This document shows positions 1-13,349 of a DNA stretch of 64,000 nucleotides, one piece after another. A program made the translations under genes and the position numbers. The stretch spans positions 743,174,958 through 743,238,957 of the forward strand of contig NC_133617.1 in NCBI RefSeq assembly GCF_048593235.1, written 5' to 3'. The notes under the pieces were generated by a model. The model had not been told where the DNA came from, ran no database searches, and saw nothing but the letters and a program-made list of their open reading frames with translations. Source of the stretch: Sminthopsis crassicaudata (taxonomy: Eukaryota). How positions within the stretch are numbered: position 1 is the stretch's first letter; each line of letters begins with the position of its first letter.

Positions 1-1316
1 ATCACAAGGTCAGAGAAGGATCTCAGAGAAAATTACAGATGAGGAAACTGAGGCTGAGAAAAAGAATGTCACCTCGAGAATCACAGGCTAATAGGGACCT
101 TCTGGGGCATCATGGGAGCCTTGATTTAAACTGGAAGGACCTGGCTGGTCCAGTCCTCATTCTCCAGAGGCCCAGAGATAGTCAGAGAAACGATGGCGCC
201 TTCTTCCCAGAGCTAATCATCATAAAACCCCAGTACGTGCCATAGGAGGCGGCACATAATATTAGCTAGCACTAGTGCTATTTTAAGGGGGTTGCTAAGG
301 CCCCCCGAGTCCATATTCTTCCTGCCTTTCGATTCGATGGAAGAGGAAATGTTGTGATTCTGTGAAAGCCACAATTACTGATCTGAGCAAGAATGTCGCA
401 ATCCCAGGCCACGAGAGCCACCCGCTACGTGCTGCCGTCTCCAGATTTGGGGACCTTCCCACTGAGCTCTAGAGAGCGGAGACTGGAGGATCTACATCGG
501 AACCTTGAGGTTCTCCACAGTGAGCAGCAAAGGTGAGATTTGAACCCAAGACGTGGGATCGAGTGCCCTGAGTCTGTCCACTGCATGGTAGACACTCCTC
601 AATCTCTCTCTCCATCCCAGCACGTGTCACACACTTACTAATGATCACTGACCCACTACAGAGCTTGTTTGCAGAGACCTATTGCCCATTTTCTCTCCCA
701 ATAGATCATGAGCTCCTCAGGGGAGTCATTTCTGGCTTTCTTCATATGCACATTACTCAGGACTGCGCCTGGCACATAGGACATGCTTAATAAATGCTAG
801 AACCCTGGCCACAGAGTTGTTTGCCTGTTGTGTCCCCCAAGAGTGCCTAGGATGGTATCTGGTACACAGCAGGTGCATAAAAAAAATGCTTATTGATGAC
901 TGAGGGGATGGGGCAGGCATGGCAGAGGGATGCCCAGCTCCCGCTTTAAGAGGTCTAGCAGACACTCTGACCTGGCGAACGTGGCTGGCATGGGGAGGAT
1001 GCTACAAGAAAAGTGGGACTAGGCATGGGGGACGGGGGAACGAGAAGCTCTGGGACGAGAGGCTGGGCCGCAACAGCAACATGTCAGGGACCAGGAGCAG
1101 AAATAGGAAACAAGAGGCAGAAATCACTGGTTTCAGGAAACAGAGATCAAGAAAGGAAAAAAGAGCAACAAATGAAGCTAGAGCTCCTCGCCAAAGCTCG
1201 GCTCCAGCCTCTCCTAGGTGGATCCAGGCCTCGCCCTGAGGCAGAAGACCCAACAAGCAGATCCCGTTTCTGTTGTGAATAGGAGGTTCTGCCCTTCGAG
1301 AGCCTCAGCCCCTGAC

Positions 1317-1422
1317 CTGGGAACCCGTCGTCGTCCATGTCCCCCAGGGCAGCGATGCTCTCCCCAAAGTGGGCATTGTAGACACGGTCACCATCCAGCA
1401 CCAGCTGCTCTTCCAGGGCCCC
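1317..1422 (-). CDS. ITGA9: ITGA9 exon 10: GALEEQLVLDGDRVYNAHFGESIAALGDMDDDGFP(+1 nt); the gene continues beyond the window start
   Basis: Acceptor tgtttcctag|GGG and donor CAG|GTCAGG. 106 nt; FGES motif and DxDxDG Ca-binding loop. Confidence 0.96.
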
Positions 1423-1769
1423 CTAGGAAACAGGAAACGGGACAGGCTGAGCAAAACAGAGTCCTGCCAGCAACCCCCCGAGGCTCCCTCCTCAAGCACC
1501 CCGCCCCAGGAAGCACCTGGACAGAACCGGGCAGCTGCCATCTCACCGAAACAATCAGGCTACATGCACTGGGTGACCCCCAGGAGGAGAGGCTGGAAAG
1601 CCTGGGTTCTACCAGGGCCCAGAGCTCTCATTTTAGCCATTCCCAGCCCAAGGTGGGTCAGAACCACTTATGACTGAGGAGAGAAATCCTAAGAAGACAT
1701 TTGAGGGGTTAAATGACCGATCTGGGGCACGCACAGAGCCTGGTACCAAGTGAGGCCTGGCAAAATGCT

Positions 1770-2060
1770 TGTTGAGGGAGAGACAGAGAGATAAGGAGAG
1801 AGACAGAGAGGAAAAGAGATAGAAAGCAACTGAGATAGACAGAGAGAAGGAATGGGGGAGAGAGAGAAAGAAAGAGAATAAGAGAGAGAGAATAGAGGAA
1901 GAAGAGAGGGAGAATGGAGGAAAGAGAGAGGGGGGAATGGAGGAGAGAAAGAGAGGATAGAGGAAGAGGGGAGAGACAGAGACACAGAGATACAGAAAGA
2001 CAGAGACAGAGAAGAAGAAAAGAGATGCTAGAAGGAGGGAGAAGAGAGAAGAAAACTAAC
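1770..2060. repeat. GA-rich low-complexity tract in intron 9
   Basis: (GA)n/(GACA)n-like sequence read directly. Confidence 0.9.
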
Positions 2061-2574
2061 CTGCTTGACTCAAAGAGTGGGGGAAGGAAAGTAATGCACA
2101 ATAAGGTTGAAAGGAAGATTGGAACCAGGCTGTGAGAGGCTGCAAGAGAAGTCTGTATTTGACTTCCCTAACATGAAGCCACGAAAGCTTCCTGATGGAA
2201 GAAATACCATTATCTCACCTGCACTTTAGGAATCTCACCACACTTAGTATAATGCCTGACATACAGTAGGCACCTAATAAATGCTGACTGACTGATAGCA
2301 TAGCCCAGAACAGAGCGGGATGTCAGGCACATTCCAGGTGCTTAATTAATGTTTATTAACTGAATTGAATTACAGTTTTAGGGGAATGCCTGTGAATATG
2401 TCAGGATGTCCACAATATGGGCACACTGAGCCCAGAGGAGCTGGAGCTGGAGCTGGAGCCGGGGCAGGGGCAGGGGTGCCCCTCTGGATGCCAGCTCAAT
2501 CACCGTTACTGTTTTCACGGTGCCTTCCACCCCTCCTCTCCATGCTGCCTCCCCCCGCCAGGCCCCAGACTCAC

Positions 2575-2712
2575 ATTTCCTCTGTTGATGTAGACGGTGA
2601 CTTGACCTTCATCCCTGATCTCAGAAAACATGGGCGCGCCGACCAGCAGGTCCGAGAGGCCGTCCGCGTTCAGGTCAACTGCACATAATGAGGAGCCAAA
2701 GTAAGAGCCCAT
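2575..2712 (-). CDS. ITGA9: ITGA9 exon 9: MGSYFGSSLCAVDLNADGLSDLLVGAPMFSEIRDEGQVTVYINRGN
   Basis: Acceptor ttggttgcag|ATG and donor AAT|GTGAGT. 138 nt; Ca-binding DLNADG motif and VGAP. Confidence 0.97.
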
Positions 2713-4624
2713 CTGCAACCAAGGCGAGTCACAACAGAGCGTTCAGTAGGCGCCCACACACAGGGGATGCACGCGCGCTGCTTTGACTGCATTCGCTTCA
2801 GACCCACGAGACCGCGAGCTCCCTGGGGCTGGGGCAGGACTGGGGATGGACCTGGAACTCTTCACTGGGACCCACAAACTTGGGAGGGTAAAAGAATATT
2901 TGGCGAAACACTACTGGTTCCCAGGAAAGGCGAGACTGATCTCACCTTGAGTCAAGGGCTCCCAAACCCAGAACTGGAAGGGGACTTGGAAATCATTGAG
3001 GTCCATCCCCTCATTTTACAGGAGGGAAAACTGAGGCACAGAAAGAAAAAGCAACTTGTCCAAGGCACAAAACTAGTATTATAGGTCATTGATATGGAGT
3101 AAAAAGAGATCCCAGAGACCATCAAACCCACCATCCTCATGGCAGCACGGAATTGTCAGTAGACTTCAGATCCCGTGGCCATAGGCAAGTCACTTACATT
3201 TTCTAAGCCTCAGTTTCCTCATCTATGAAATGGACAAAATGATTTCTATAATAGTTACAAAGTTCAAGTGACAGAATCTACTAATAAAAAAAAAATAGAA
3301 AAAGATTCCATTAAAAAAAAAAAACTATAAAATGAACAAAGTCAACCTAAAAAAGACACACCCTGTACTTAAGTGGATGTGAAAGAATGTGAAAGAACTT
3401 GCAAACTTTAAGGTCCTACATCAATTATTACTATTTTACAGATGAGTACACTGAGGCCTATGGTGCCCTAAGGTACCCAAGGAAATAAATAAATACAGGA
3501 TCATAGGAACACAGATATAAAATTACAATGGATAACAGAAATCATTTGGTCCATCCCCCTTACTTACTGATGAAGAAACTGAGGACCAGACTTGGACTTG
3601 CCAACTTTACACAGTCAATAATATCAAAGTAGAATTTAAACCCAGGTCCTCTTACTCCCAGTCTTTAGCACAGGGGTTGGTATACAGTAGGTACTTAATA
3701 AATGCTTTGGATTTGATTCCAAAACCGACAATGAAAAGAATGTTTTCACTCTTCTAGGGAAGACAAACAGCAATTTTTAGAAATTTAACAAAGCTGCGAC
3801 TACAATTGAGTATCTCAAGGGCCTTCACTGGAGGCACAGCATAGGAAGGATTTTTTTTATATATTCCTCCAAGGAATAGACTTCTAAAAATGCTTGCTAA
3901 GGTTGCAAGTGCAGTCAATAATCATAATAAATGTGTTTCATTAATCAAAAAATCAAGACTACAAATTTGTCAGGGCCAAGGCAACTGGGAAAACCAACTC
4001 TCACAAGACAAAGACAGCCCAGGAGAGACATGCTATATGCTAGGAGGCAACTGAACTGAATCCCTCCATCATTCAAGCTTCTGAAGAAAAAAAAACAGGC
4101 TGTGAACGTGTGAGCTCACTGGAGAAAGAAGGCTGCAACCCACGAGACTGTTCTCCAAGGAAGGCACTAACAAGGCCAAGAATTCTTTTTTTTTTCCACT
4201 TGGAATATAAACCAACATCCATTATATTAAAACTGAAAGAAATTATTCCCAGGACATATAAAACTCAAACCCTTTTTATTTTTAGTTGATAAATATAAAC
4301 AACTCCCTTCATATTTTTAGTCTATTTGACAGAATCGCAGGCTCTCGGAGCCAGAAGGAATCTCAGAAGGTTCCCGAATCTAACCTCTCTCATTTTACAA
4401 ATGAGGAAACTGAGCTGCAGAGAGTGAACATCAATGGTGGAATCTGAACCAGAGCTCCCCAATATCCCAATATATCAAGTGATTCTTGTACTTGAACAAG
4501 AATCCCTCAACAAGACAGCCAACATACATACAATCAACAGGCCTCACTTCTATATTTCCAATGAGGAGGAACTCCCTACCACTCAAGGTGCCCCCATCCC
4601 ACATTGGGACAGCTTTAACTCTTA

Positions 4625-5075
4625 GCATCATATAATCATAAGATTAAAAACCTAAAGCTGGATGAGACCCAGAAAACAAGTCTAATCTCCTCATCTTAGG
4701 AAGCTTTTCCTCATCTCTAAATGAAATCTGCCTTCCTGCAATGTCTATCCCTTATTCTAAGGTCTAAAACAAGCCAAATCTCTCCATGACAATATTTCAA
4801 ACTCTCCAGGACAGTGATCGGGCTACCCTTGAGTTTCCTCAATCTAAGCATTTTTAGTTTCTCCAACCAGTCCTCATAGGGCTCCTCTGACGACCCTACT
4901 AATCTTGGGGCCTATTCTGAACTCACATTTCACCAATTTTGTCCCTAAAATGTGGCGCCCACAACAGAATCCAATAAACACTCCAACCGCGGATGGAGGA
5001 GGACAGAGGACAGCGGGATGATCACCTCCCTTCCCTCTTTCTGGACAAATGCTCCCCGGGGCATAAAGCCCAAGC
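4625..5075 (-). mobile_element. Ancient L3/CR1 LINE 3' fragment
   Basis: AAATGTGGCGCCCACAAC...ACTCCA and ATGATCACCTCCCTT motifs typical of decayed CR1/L3 3' ends; heavily diverged. Confidence 0.55.
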
Positions 5076-5764
5076 TTGCATTAGCACTGTAGGCTGCGAC
5101 TCACATGGTGTCCATGGGCACTTGGATACATTCTTATCCAACCACGTCTCTCCCATTTTACACTGTACAGTTAATTTTCCGGTGTGAACTACCCTGTTTT
5201 TCAGCTCCATTCATGTATTGCCTTCCACTTTCCTTGAGGATAGATACTGCCTTTCTGTTTGCGTATAGTTATATCTTCAGCATAATGTGAGTCATATAGT
5301 AAGTGCTTACTAAATGCTCTTTGACTTAAAGGAAGACCAGCCTCTGACGTATGCTGACTGTGCGACCTTAACTGTAGGAAACTCTAATGCTAAACATTGC
5401 AGAGAAATGGCCAACCTGTGTTGGGGGAGGGAGATTCCCCCTGGATGAATGAAACCATGGGTCCGTCCCTATCCCTGATTGCTCTCCATTTGTCTCTATT
5501 CGATTTCTTCATAAACTTGGCCAATCATTCCCGCCTGATCACTGCTTCCCATTCTGGATGCTCACATGTCATCCCTTTATTAAGATGGTTCACTGGAGAG
5601 CTGGAGGAGTCTAAGGTTGATGCACTTTGGAAAACCTGAACACCTGCTCATATCTGACCCTGTGGAGACTCCCTCTTTCCCCATAATCCTTCAAAAAACA
5701 GAAGCAGCTGCTCAACATGTATGTGTGATCCTGCCCCGTCTATTTTGGGGGGAGACTCCATTCA

Positions 5765-6185
5765 GCCACTAAAATGATTTTTCTTAAAGTCCATGTCACC
5801 CCTCGACTCAAGAAACTCTAGTGGCTCCCTATCACTTCTAGGATCAACTACAGAATCCTCTGCTTGGCTCTTAAAGCCCTTTGTAACCTCATAATCCCTC
5901 TGTCCACCTTTTCAGTCACCTTACACTTTCCTCACCCCGTTCTACTCTACGATTCAATGAGACTGGTTTCCTTATAAGGACACCTCAGGCAAGACAGTTT
6001 GAGATTTTTCCCTGACTCTCCTCCACACCTGCATCTTGGCCCCCTGGCTTCCCTGGCTTCCCTGGCTTCCTCTCCTCCTCTCCCCTCTCACAGAAATCAC
6101 GGTTTTTCCCTTTCTTTTCAGATTCCCTTTATAGCACAGCACCTGGCACATAGTCAGTGCTTAATAAATGCTTGCTGACAACTGA
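5765..6185 (+). mobile_element. L2 LINE 3' fragment
   Basis: AGTGGCTCCCTAT...TTAAAGCCCT and the L2 terminus AGCACAGCACCTGGCACATAGT..GTGCTTAATAAATGCTTG. Many shorter L2/MIR remnants occur throughout the window. Confidence 0.65.
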
Positions 6186-7120
6186 TTTTCCTAGCCCTCG
6201 GAGGTGATTGATCTAATGGGGCCTGGTGGCTGGGATGCATTTCAAATGCTCTCTGGGCAATGGGGACTTAATTCATTTAAACCATAGCCAGGTATGAGAG
6301 GCCCTCTCCAGCCCATTGCCAGCAGTCGAATCCAGGGCTGAGTACCAAGTAAGCCAGATTTTTGTCCTCCACCTGACACGGAGGCTGCCTCTAGCCATCT
6401 CCTGCCTCACTCGGAGGGAGGGCTCAGGAGAGGCGTAGAAAAGAGTAATTAAGGGAAGGGTCAAGGAATCACTGGGCAGCCCCCCCTACCATCCTCTCCA
6501 AACCCCTTGTCCCTGAAGATGTGTCATCACCGGAGTGGGTCAGTCTTGGGTGACCAAAGCAAGACAGCAGAAGGCAAGACAACCATTTATGAGGCAAGAA
6601 CTCTGGGTAGAACACTGGGCCTGAGACAATGAGCAAAGTGGGAATGAGGCCGCTGATCAATGCACTGGATGGAGGACTAGACATGGAGTCAACAGAGATG
6701 AATTCAAATCCTGCCTCATATCAGATAGGCTTGTAATTTACCCTCTCTCAGTCTCAGCTTTCTCTTCTGTAAAATGGAGACCATAATAGCTTTGCAAACT
6801 TTAAAGCAAGTTATAAAAGCTTATTATCAAAGGGACAATCTCTGCCCTAGAGGAGTTCATGGGTCCCTGGGGAGCTGAGCCCATACTGATGCTACCTAAC
6901 ATGGTGAAGTATCTAGAAAATGAGAAGAGACATAAGTACGGTCCTAATAGGAACAGGAAAAAACCGTGTTCTCGGCCCTAAGGAAACCATTTCTTTAGTT
7001 CCGAGAGACCATTTAACTTGGTACAAGCAGAAATTCTAACAGAAGTTTCCCAACTAAGTTCTGATATGCAAAGCCTTGGAAAACTTGGTTAATTTTTAAA
7101 TGGCGTTCCACAAGATTAGA

Positions 7121-7246
7121 GGGGGACTCCTGGCCTAACCTGGGCTCTGCTCGCCGTCCCCGGGGGGACTCCCGGCCTAACCTGGGCTCTGCTCGCTGTC
7201 CCTGGGGGGACTTCCGGCCTAACCTGGGCTCTGCTCGCCATCCCCA
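7121..7246. repeat. 42-bp tandem repeat x3 (GGGGGACTCC.GGCCTAACCTGGGCTCTGCTCGC.GTCCCCG)
   Basis: Units start at 7121, 7163 and 7205. Confidence 0.95.
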
Positions 7247-9358
7247 GGGAGCCGTGGTGTGGTCTGGGGGAAAGATGCCCCCTGAATAGCTCTGGGCAAG
7301 TAACTGAGGTCTCCAAGGAAACTGGTCAGGAGGGCGAGGCTGGATGGCCTCCGAGATCTCTGCTGGCTCTAACTCTGTGATCCAGGATCTTACATGAGTC
7401 ACACAGACTAATCAGGAATAAAAGGGAAAAGCAACATGTAGAGAGGGGAGGAACAAAGCTGTCTTGGAGAGCAGATGTGCAGTGGTGGAGGAAGACTCAA
7501 AGACCCAAGGCAGGCTAGAAGCATCAGCATGTGGAAGAAGGGAAGAAGCACGTCAGGGGCCACCTAGTGTTACTCATGAGAATCCCCCAAACCCCAGGTG
7601 TTCAGCCAGGCCTCCTGTGATGGGAGAGACCTCACGCCTTCTCCATGCAGACAGACCTCTGGAACAGTCCTAAGTGAAGATTTCTGGGAGTCGAGTCTGG
7701 ATCTCCCTCTCTGTAACTAAGAAATCCTGGTTCCGCCCTCCCCAGGGACCAAGCCCTTCTCCATCTGCCGGCTTTTCAAGGACCCAGTGATGGTTACCGT
7801 GGTCCCCAGGAACTGTCTCCAGGCCAAATAGGATGAGAAGATGAGTGTGGAATGGATGGAAGAGAGGGAAGAAGTACCAGTCGAGACCCAAGCTAAGCAA
7901 AAATAAACGGGGCTGACGGCTCCAACAAAAATGGGCAGAAAAGCGAAAAAGGCCTCTGGCCTGTTTGTTCTGCCCAGTCACGAGCATGTCTAGGAGCTGG
8001 CCATCACCCCTTTTTGCCCACACATCCGACCAGGAACCCAGCCTCATGGGAACTCTCAAGGGGAGGCTCTGAATGAACGCTCCAACAATGCCATAAAAGC
8101 CCAAGCAGGTTCCCATCAACCCAGTTCCAGCCCCCAGCTTCCAGGGCCTTCCTTCACTCCCCCTTCAGACTCCCCATGAATAATCTCCAGACACGGAGGT
8201 GGGAGCAGACCAGGGGAAGAGGAAGGGAAGGAGGCTGGAAGGCTGGCCAAGAGGTGCTGGCCAGAAAGGAGGAACCGTCAGGAAACAGCAAAACTCAACC
8301 TGAATCATTCTGCCGGCCTCCTTCAGCTTTCCGACCCAAGTGCAGCTTAATAAGAGGGGTTCGGATCCTTCTCTGACACATCATCCCACCCACTGTTACC
8401 CCGGACACCCAGAAATGGGCAGAAATACTCTGGGGGCCGTGCGATGTCCCACTCGCCTTCTACCGGGGGGGGGGGGCCTACCCAAAGGATGAAAGCAGCT
8501 TCTGCCTCCGAGGGCATTTCCTTGGCTACTCGGTTGGCTTGGCTTTGGCCCATCCAGTCTCTCTGGCTTTTCCCTAGTGTTCTCTACCCATGAGGGCTTC
8601 AAGCACTTAAGGTAGTCAAGGCCCCAAGCATGTATTAAGCGCCTACTGGGTGCCTCACACTGTGTAAGCATCAGGGATACAAAGAAAGGCAAGGCAATAC
8701 CTGTCCTCCAAGAGTACAGTCTAATGGGGAGAAAACATGCACTACAAGCTGGAACAGGAGCAACTGGAAATAATGCATTTATTAAGCACCTTCTATGTTC
8801 CCATCATTGTGCTAAAAGGGGATAGAGAGCTGGCACTAAAACAACCTCATCCTTCATAAAATGAAGCACCAATCCATGGGTCCCATAAGTCCCTCCAATT
8901 TGTAAAAGGTCTCATGTGAGCCAGAACTGTTAGCGTATGGGCTGCAGACCCAGAAAGGGATTCAGACCCTTTCACTTTATAGTCGAGGAAACAGGCTCAG
9001 GCTAATTGACTACAATAAGTAGTAAGCAATTAAGGCAGGATTTGAAGTCTTCTGACTCAAGCCAGACTCTTTCCAACATACACAAGTTTTCTAACTTCTA
9101 AAATTATTCAAAAGCATTTTTTAAATGTCAGCATCCTAAGAGAGGCGATGGAATATGGTGGAGGAAGCGCCGTACCCAGAACTAAAAGGCCCGGGTCCAA
9201 AAATCTTTTCAGGTATTACCAGTGGGCAAGTCACCCTAAGTTTGCCTCAGTTTCCTCATCTGTCAAATGAGGGGTTTGGACCCAATGACCTAAAAATCCC
9301 TCTCATGTCTAAGGATCTCAATCAGCAATCAACCAGTATTTCTTCCTCCCCTACATAC

Positions 9359-9427
9359 CTTTTTGCCAGACGCCTGAAAGATCTTAATTAGGGAACCCGA
9401 TCTTCGGTCAGCTCTGAAAATGTAAAC
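9359..9427 (-). CDS. ITGA9: ITGA9 exon 8: VYIFRADRRSGSLIKIFQASGKK
   Basis: Acceptor tcccccacag|GTT and donor AAG|GTATGT. 69 nt, phase 0/0. This frame is not called in the ORF track. Confidence 0.96.
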
Positions 9428-10122
9428 CTGTGGGGGACAAAAGAACACATGGAGACAAGCTCATCTGCGGGAGGGGAGCTACTCAGGATCCAGACTTAGA
9501 GACAGCACCATTTCAAAGAACTCCAAGCAATGAACCAAGGTCGGGAGCCTGAAATGCTATTGCTCCCATTTCTTCCCATCACGATCCACACGGATCCCAT
9601 GAAGACCACCAAAAAATATACGTGCTCCCCCTTACACCGGCCTTAAAACGCAAAAGGCCCCAGATCCACTGACCCTAATTAAAATGCTGGAAGTTCATTG
9701 CCAGAAGAGCAGCCAGGGCTAAATCTCATTGTCTCTACTGCTCACCCACCCCAGCTAAGCACCCAGGGTTATGGGCAGACCCAAAATGTCAGGCAGTATG
9801 TTGCAGCAGAAAGAGCATTAGATTTAGGATCGGGGACCCAGGTTCAAAACCTGCTACATCGTGGGACCTCAGGCAAATCAGCACGCCTCAATTTGCTCAT
9901 CTGTGAATCACTGCTGCTGCACCAGGAGACCTCTGGGGTCCCACAGAGTTCTAAACTCTTAGATAAGAGTCATAAAAGTCATTTGCCTTTGAATGGCTTG
10001 AAACCATTCAACTATGGCAGCCCCAGCCAAATCTAATGGTCCAGTGGCAAAGCCGTGGAGGCCACAGGTCAGAGTGGAGACCACCCCGCCGTCTCCCTCT
10101 CTCTTGTTGCACGGGCCCCTAC

Positions 10123-10208
10123 CTTTCCGATGCCTTCATCCTGAGGTGCTCCCCCTACCACTTCCGTGGAAGATGGCTGTACAAAATGACCAGCGGTCAC
10201 CGCGTATC
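10123..10208 (-). CDS. ITGA9: ITGA9 exon 7: (G)YAVTAGHFVQPSSTEVVGGAPQDEGIGK
   Basis: Acceptor ttctccttcag|GA and donor AAG|GTAGGG. 86 nt; FG-GAP repeat (GYAV...GGAP). Confidence 0.97.
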
Positions 10209-10458
10209 CTGAAGGAGAAGGTGGGGGATAAAATAAAATTGAGGAAAAAAGGGGAAAAATGAAAAATAAATCAAAACATTTCCAAGGCATCCCCTCTTTT
10301 TCTGAACTCAAATCCTCAACAGCAAAGCAAGGGTCCCCAAGCAGCTGCCACCATGCCAGGAAGCCAGGGGAGCAGGCAGGGGTCCAGTCCATCCCAGTGC
10401 GAGAGAGGATTCTGAATGGTAGAGAGGGAAAGTCGAAATAAAATGGAAGTCTTTAAAC

Positions 10459-10648
10459 CAGGGGTTCTCAAACTACGGCCCGTGGGCCATATGCGGCCCA
10501 CTGAGGACGTTTATGCACCCGCCGGGTGATGGCAAATGGGCTGAGGGGCGGAAACAGAGTGTGAGGTTTTGTTTTTACTCTAGTCCGGCCCTCCCACAGT
10601 CTGAGGGACAGTAAACTGGCCCCTATTCAAAAAGTTTGAGGACCACTG
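10459..10648. mobile_element. 190-bp non-autonomous hAT DNA transposon (MITE), OC1/OposCharlie-like
   Basis: 16-bp TIRs CAGGGGTTCTCAAACT (10459-10474) and AGTTTGAGGACCACTG (10633-10648), 14/16 complementary. 8-bp TSD CTTTAAAC / CTTAAAAC (7/8). The family name is from my recollection of OC1 termini. Confidence 0.85.
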
Positions 10649-13349
10649 CTTAAAACCAAGGCTCCGAATGTAAAACAAGCAGGGGCCCTGAGATGGGCCC
10701 AAGAACAAGCCATGGCCTGGCAGAAGGCCTGGAACTCTCCAGGGTCTGTTTGTACCAGTTACATGCCAGTTCTCTTTTAGATTATAAACTTCTTGAGGGT
10801 AAAGACCATCTCTTACTTTCTTTACATCCAAGCACAATGCCTGGCTCATAGTAGGTGCTTAATAAATGCTTATTCTCTTTTGCTCTAATGTCCCTTCCAA
10901 CTTCAGTTCTCCCAAAGGTCTTTCCTGATGTCAACAATTATCAGTTCCCCCTCAAAAAGAATTACCATATATTTACTTTAAGTATACAGTTATCCCCTCC
11001 CCATTCTGGGGCAGAGGAGCACAGGCCAGTCGGGAAAATCCCTGTAAAAATTTTTGGCCCTCCCTCTCCAAGTCTAAATTATTATGGTATTAAAAGATAA
11101 AACTGATCATTGATATTAGACAATACTGCACATATATTTTATGTATTTCTAAGTTTCCAAACATTTTCCAAGTTGGCGGCCGGCCAGTATATTTCATCTG
11201 CGGCTTTTGCAAAACTACAAAGTCCCATTTAATTTCTTAGGCCAATCCCCACTCAACGCATGGAAACCGCGACTGGGAAAGTCACAATGTGGAAGGATCA
11301 CCGGACTTGCCGCGCTCTATTTGCTCAGCCAGCACGTAGCGCCGCAGCGGCGGGGACGCGCCCTAAGTCTTGAGAAATGTTGATTATCTGGCTGACTGAC
11401 TGGCATTAACGAATGTTACTTCATGGGTATTCTGGAGATTTACCTGTATGTTTCATTTACATACTGGAGGTTCATATTGATTCATTTGCATACTGGAGAT
11501 TTGCATACACCTTCTTTTAACAGTGTGAGTTGTCCAAGGGCAAAAAAAGTTGCTGTTTTTGTCTCTGTTCGCTCAGCATCCGGCACAAATGCCAGATTTC
11601 ATAAATGATTGCAGAACTGAACTGGATTCTCGGAAGCTAATGATCGTCAACTTTGCCTTTGTGGCTGTTTCCCCATTCTAATTTCTTTCACAGCTCTTTG
11701 GAACACGTGTATTATCCATAAAAGCAAAGGATGATAACAAGAACTTAGCTGATCTTTCGCAATCCTCTCTCTTTTATTTTTATCTGAATTAACAAAGTGT
11801 GAGTCACTTGGCCAAAAAATTCGCCATCAAGTGGTTGAGCAGCTGGCCACGAGCCTCCAACCGCCCTCAGACAACGAACGGCCGGACGCTGCGGCCGGGA
11901 CCGTCCTTGAATAAAAGGTGGGTAAGAACGCAAGGAAAGACGTACCCGTCTCCAACAGCGATTTCTGTTCCTCCTTACTGTACGCAAACCCTGGCATCCC
12001 CCGGTGACGGAGCCCCCAGTGGCCACGCAAACAGTCCCTCAGAACGCGGGAGCTGCCCCTAGAGGCCCAGCTTCTCCTAAGGAGAAATCTCAGGGATTCC
12101 ACGAAACCCACAAGAGCAGGCACTGCCACGCCGTCGGGCAGCTCTCCGCTCCAACACAGGAAGCGTCTCCGCCGGCAGCGGGCAATAAGCATGGGGCTCA
12201 TCTTCAAAGGGAACACATTTCTTCAGTTTGTGCCCTGCTCCCAATAAAGCCATCTACGGCCCCCTCCAATGACCTTGTCTTAAATGGAGCTTTCTAATGC
12301 TGAGCGATGATGAAAGGAGAGAAGCCTTTGATTCCTGGCCCGATCAGAAAGGACAAGGCGTGGCGGGGAGGGGGCGTCCCCAAGGGCACACAGCCCTTTG
12401 CCCATCATCATTCTTGAATGGCACCTGCTGGCTCCTTTTTCATTTAGGAAGATTAAAAGGTTTGGGAAAGAAGGAAAGTCCGCAAGCAGCCCTAATTACA
12501 GCTTACATCAGGCTGCTGTCCATCAGGACGGCTTTTACCTCTTAATGTATCTATTTCCGACCAGCTTAAAGGGACACAAACACTTGGGTTCCCTTTGAAA
12601 CCCAAATAGACGCTTGGTGGAAACTGGGAGGATGCTGCAACATTATTTTTAGTGGAGAACATTTGTGCATTTGACCATAAATATCAAGTGAGCTAAGCCT
12701 GGAGCTCTGGCCCCCTGGGAGGTCTGCCCCTCCCAACACCCTCTTCACACTCAGCTTTCTCTCTCCCACCCCCCATGCCCAAAGGAGCACGGTCCCTTAC
12801 TGACCACCTGGACTACTGCAACAAGTTACTAATACTTTTTCCTTTCCGAGCCATTCTTTATAACACTCTCCAAACAATGTCTTATGCAGAAATCTGAACA
12901 CATCACTACTCTACCCAACAACCTTCAGTAACTCCCTAGTGCCTGCCAAGAAAAGTTCAAACTCCCTTGTCTGGCATTTAGAGTCCTCCACAGCCTGGTG
13001 GGCCCGTCTGCCCATATCACATCCCCCTGCACTTTCTACACTTCAGATAACCTGTGTCTTTTAGACACATTTATATGCTGATGATTCTGTGGCCTTTGCT
13101 GTCTCCTCGGATCTGGAATGTCCTCACTGCCCGACTAGCCATGCTTCAAAGTCCATCCCAAACCTGGAGAAAAGCCTTCTCTGAACCTCTAGTGAGGTTT
13201 GCAGACCTTTGTCTTGTCTCTCTGATGCCCTTGGGTACAATAAGGTTATCTAGTTTTGTAGGCTTCCCCTCTTCAGTGCAAGGCCCATACATCTTATCTA
13301 AATTTGGTACTTCCCCCATTCTAGTGCAGCAAAGTACTCTGCATAAAAC

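Noticed and set aside
11213-11227. ACTACAAAGTCCCA as a ZNF143/SBS motif (snRNA-type distal element together with the octamers)
   Set aside because: The spacer is 3 nt rather than the canonical ACTACAnnTCCCA, and I recognised no snRNA or tRNA gene nearby.
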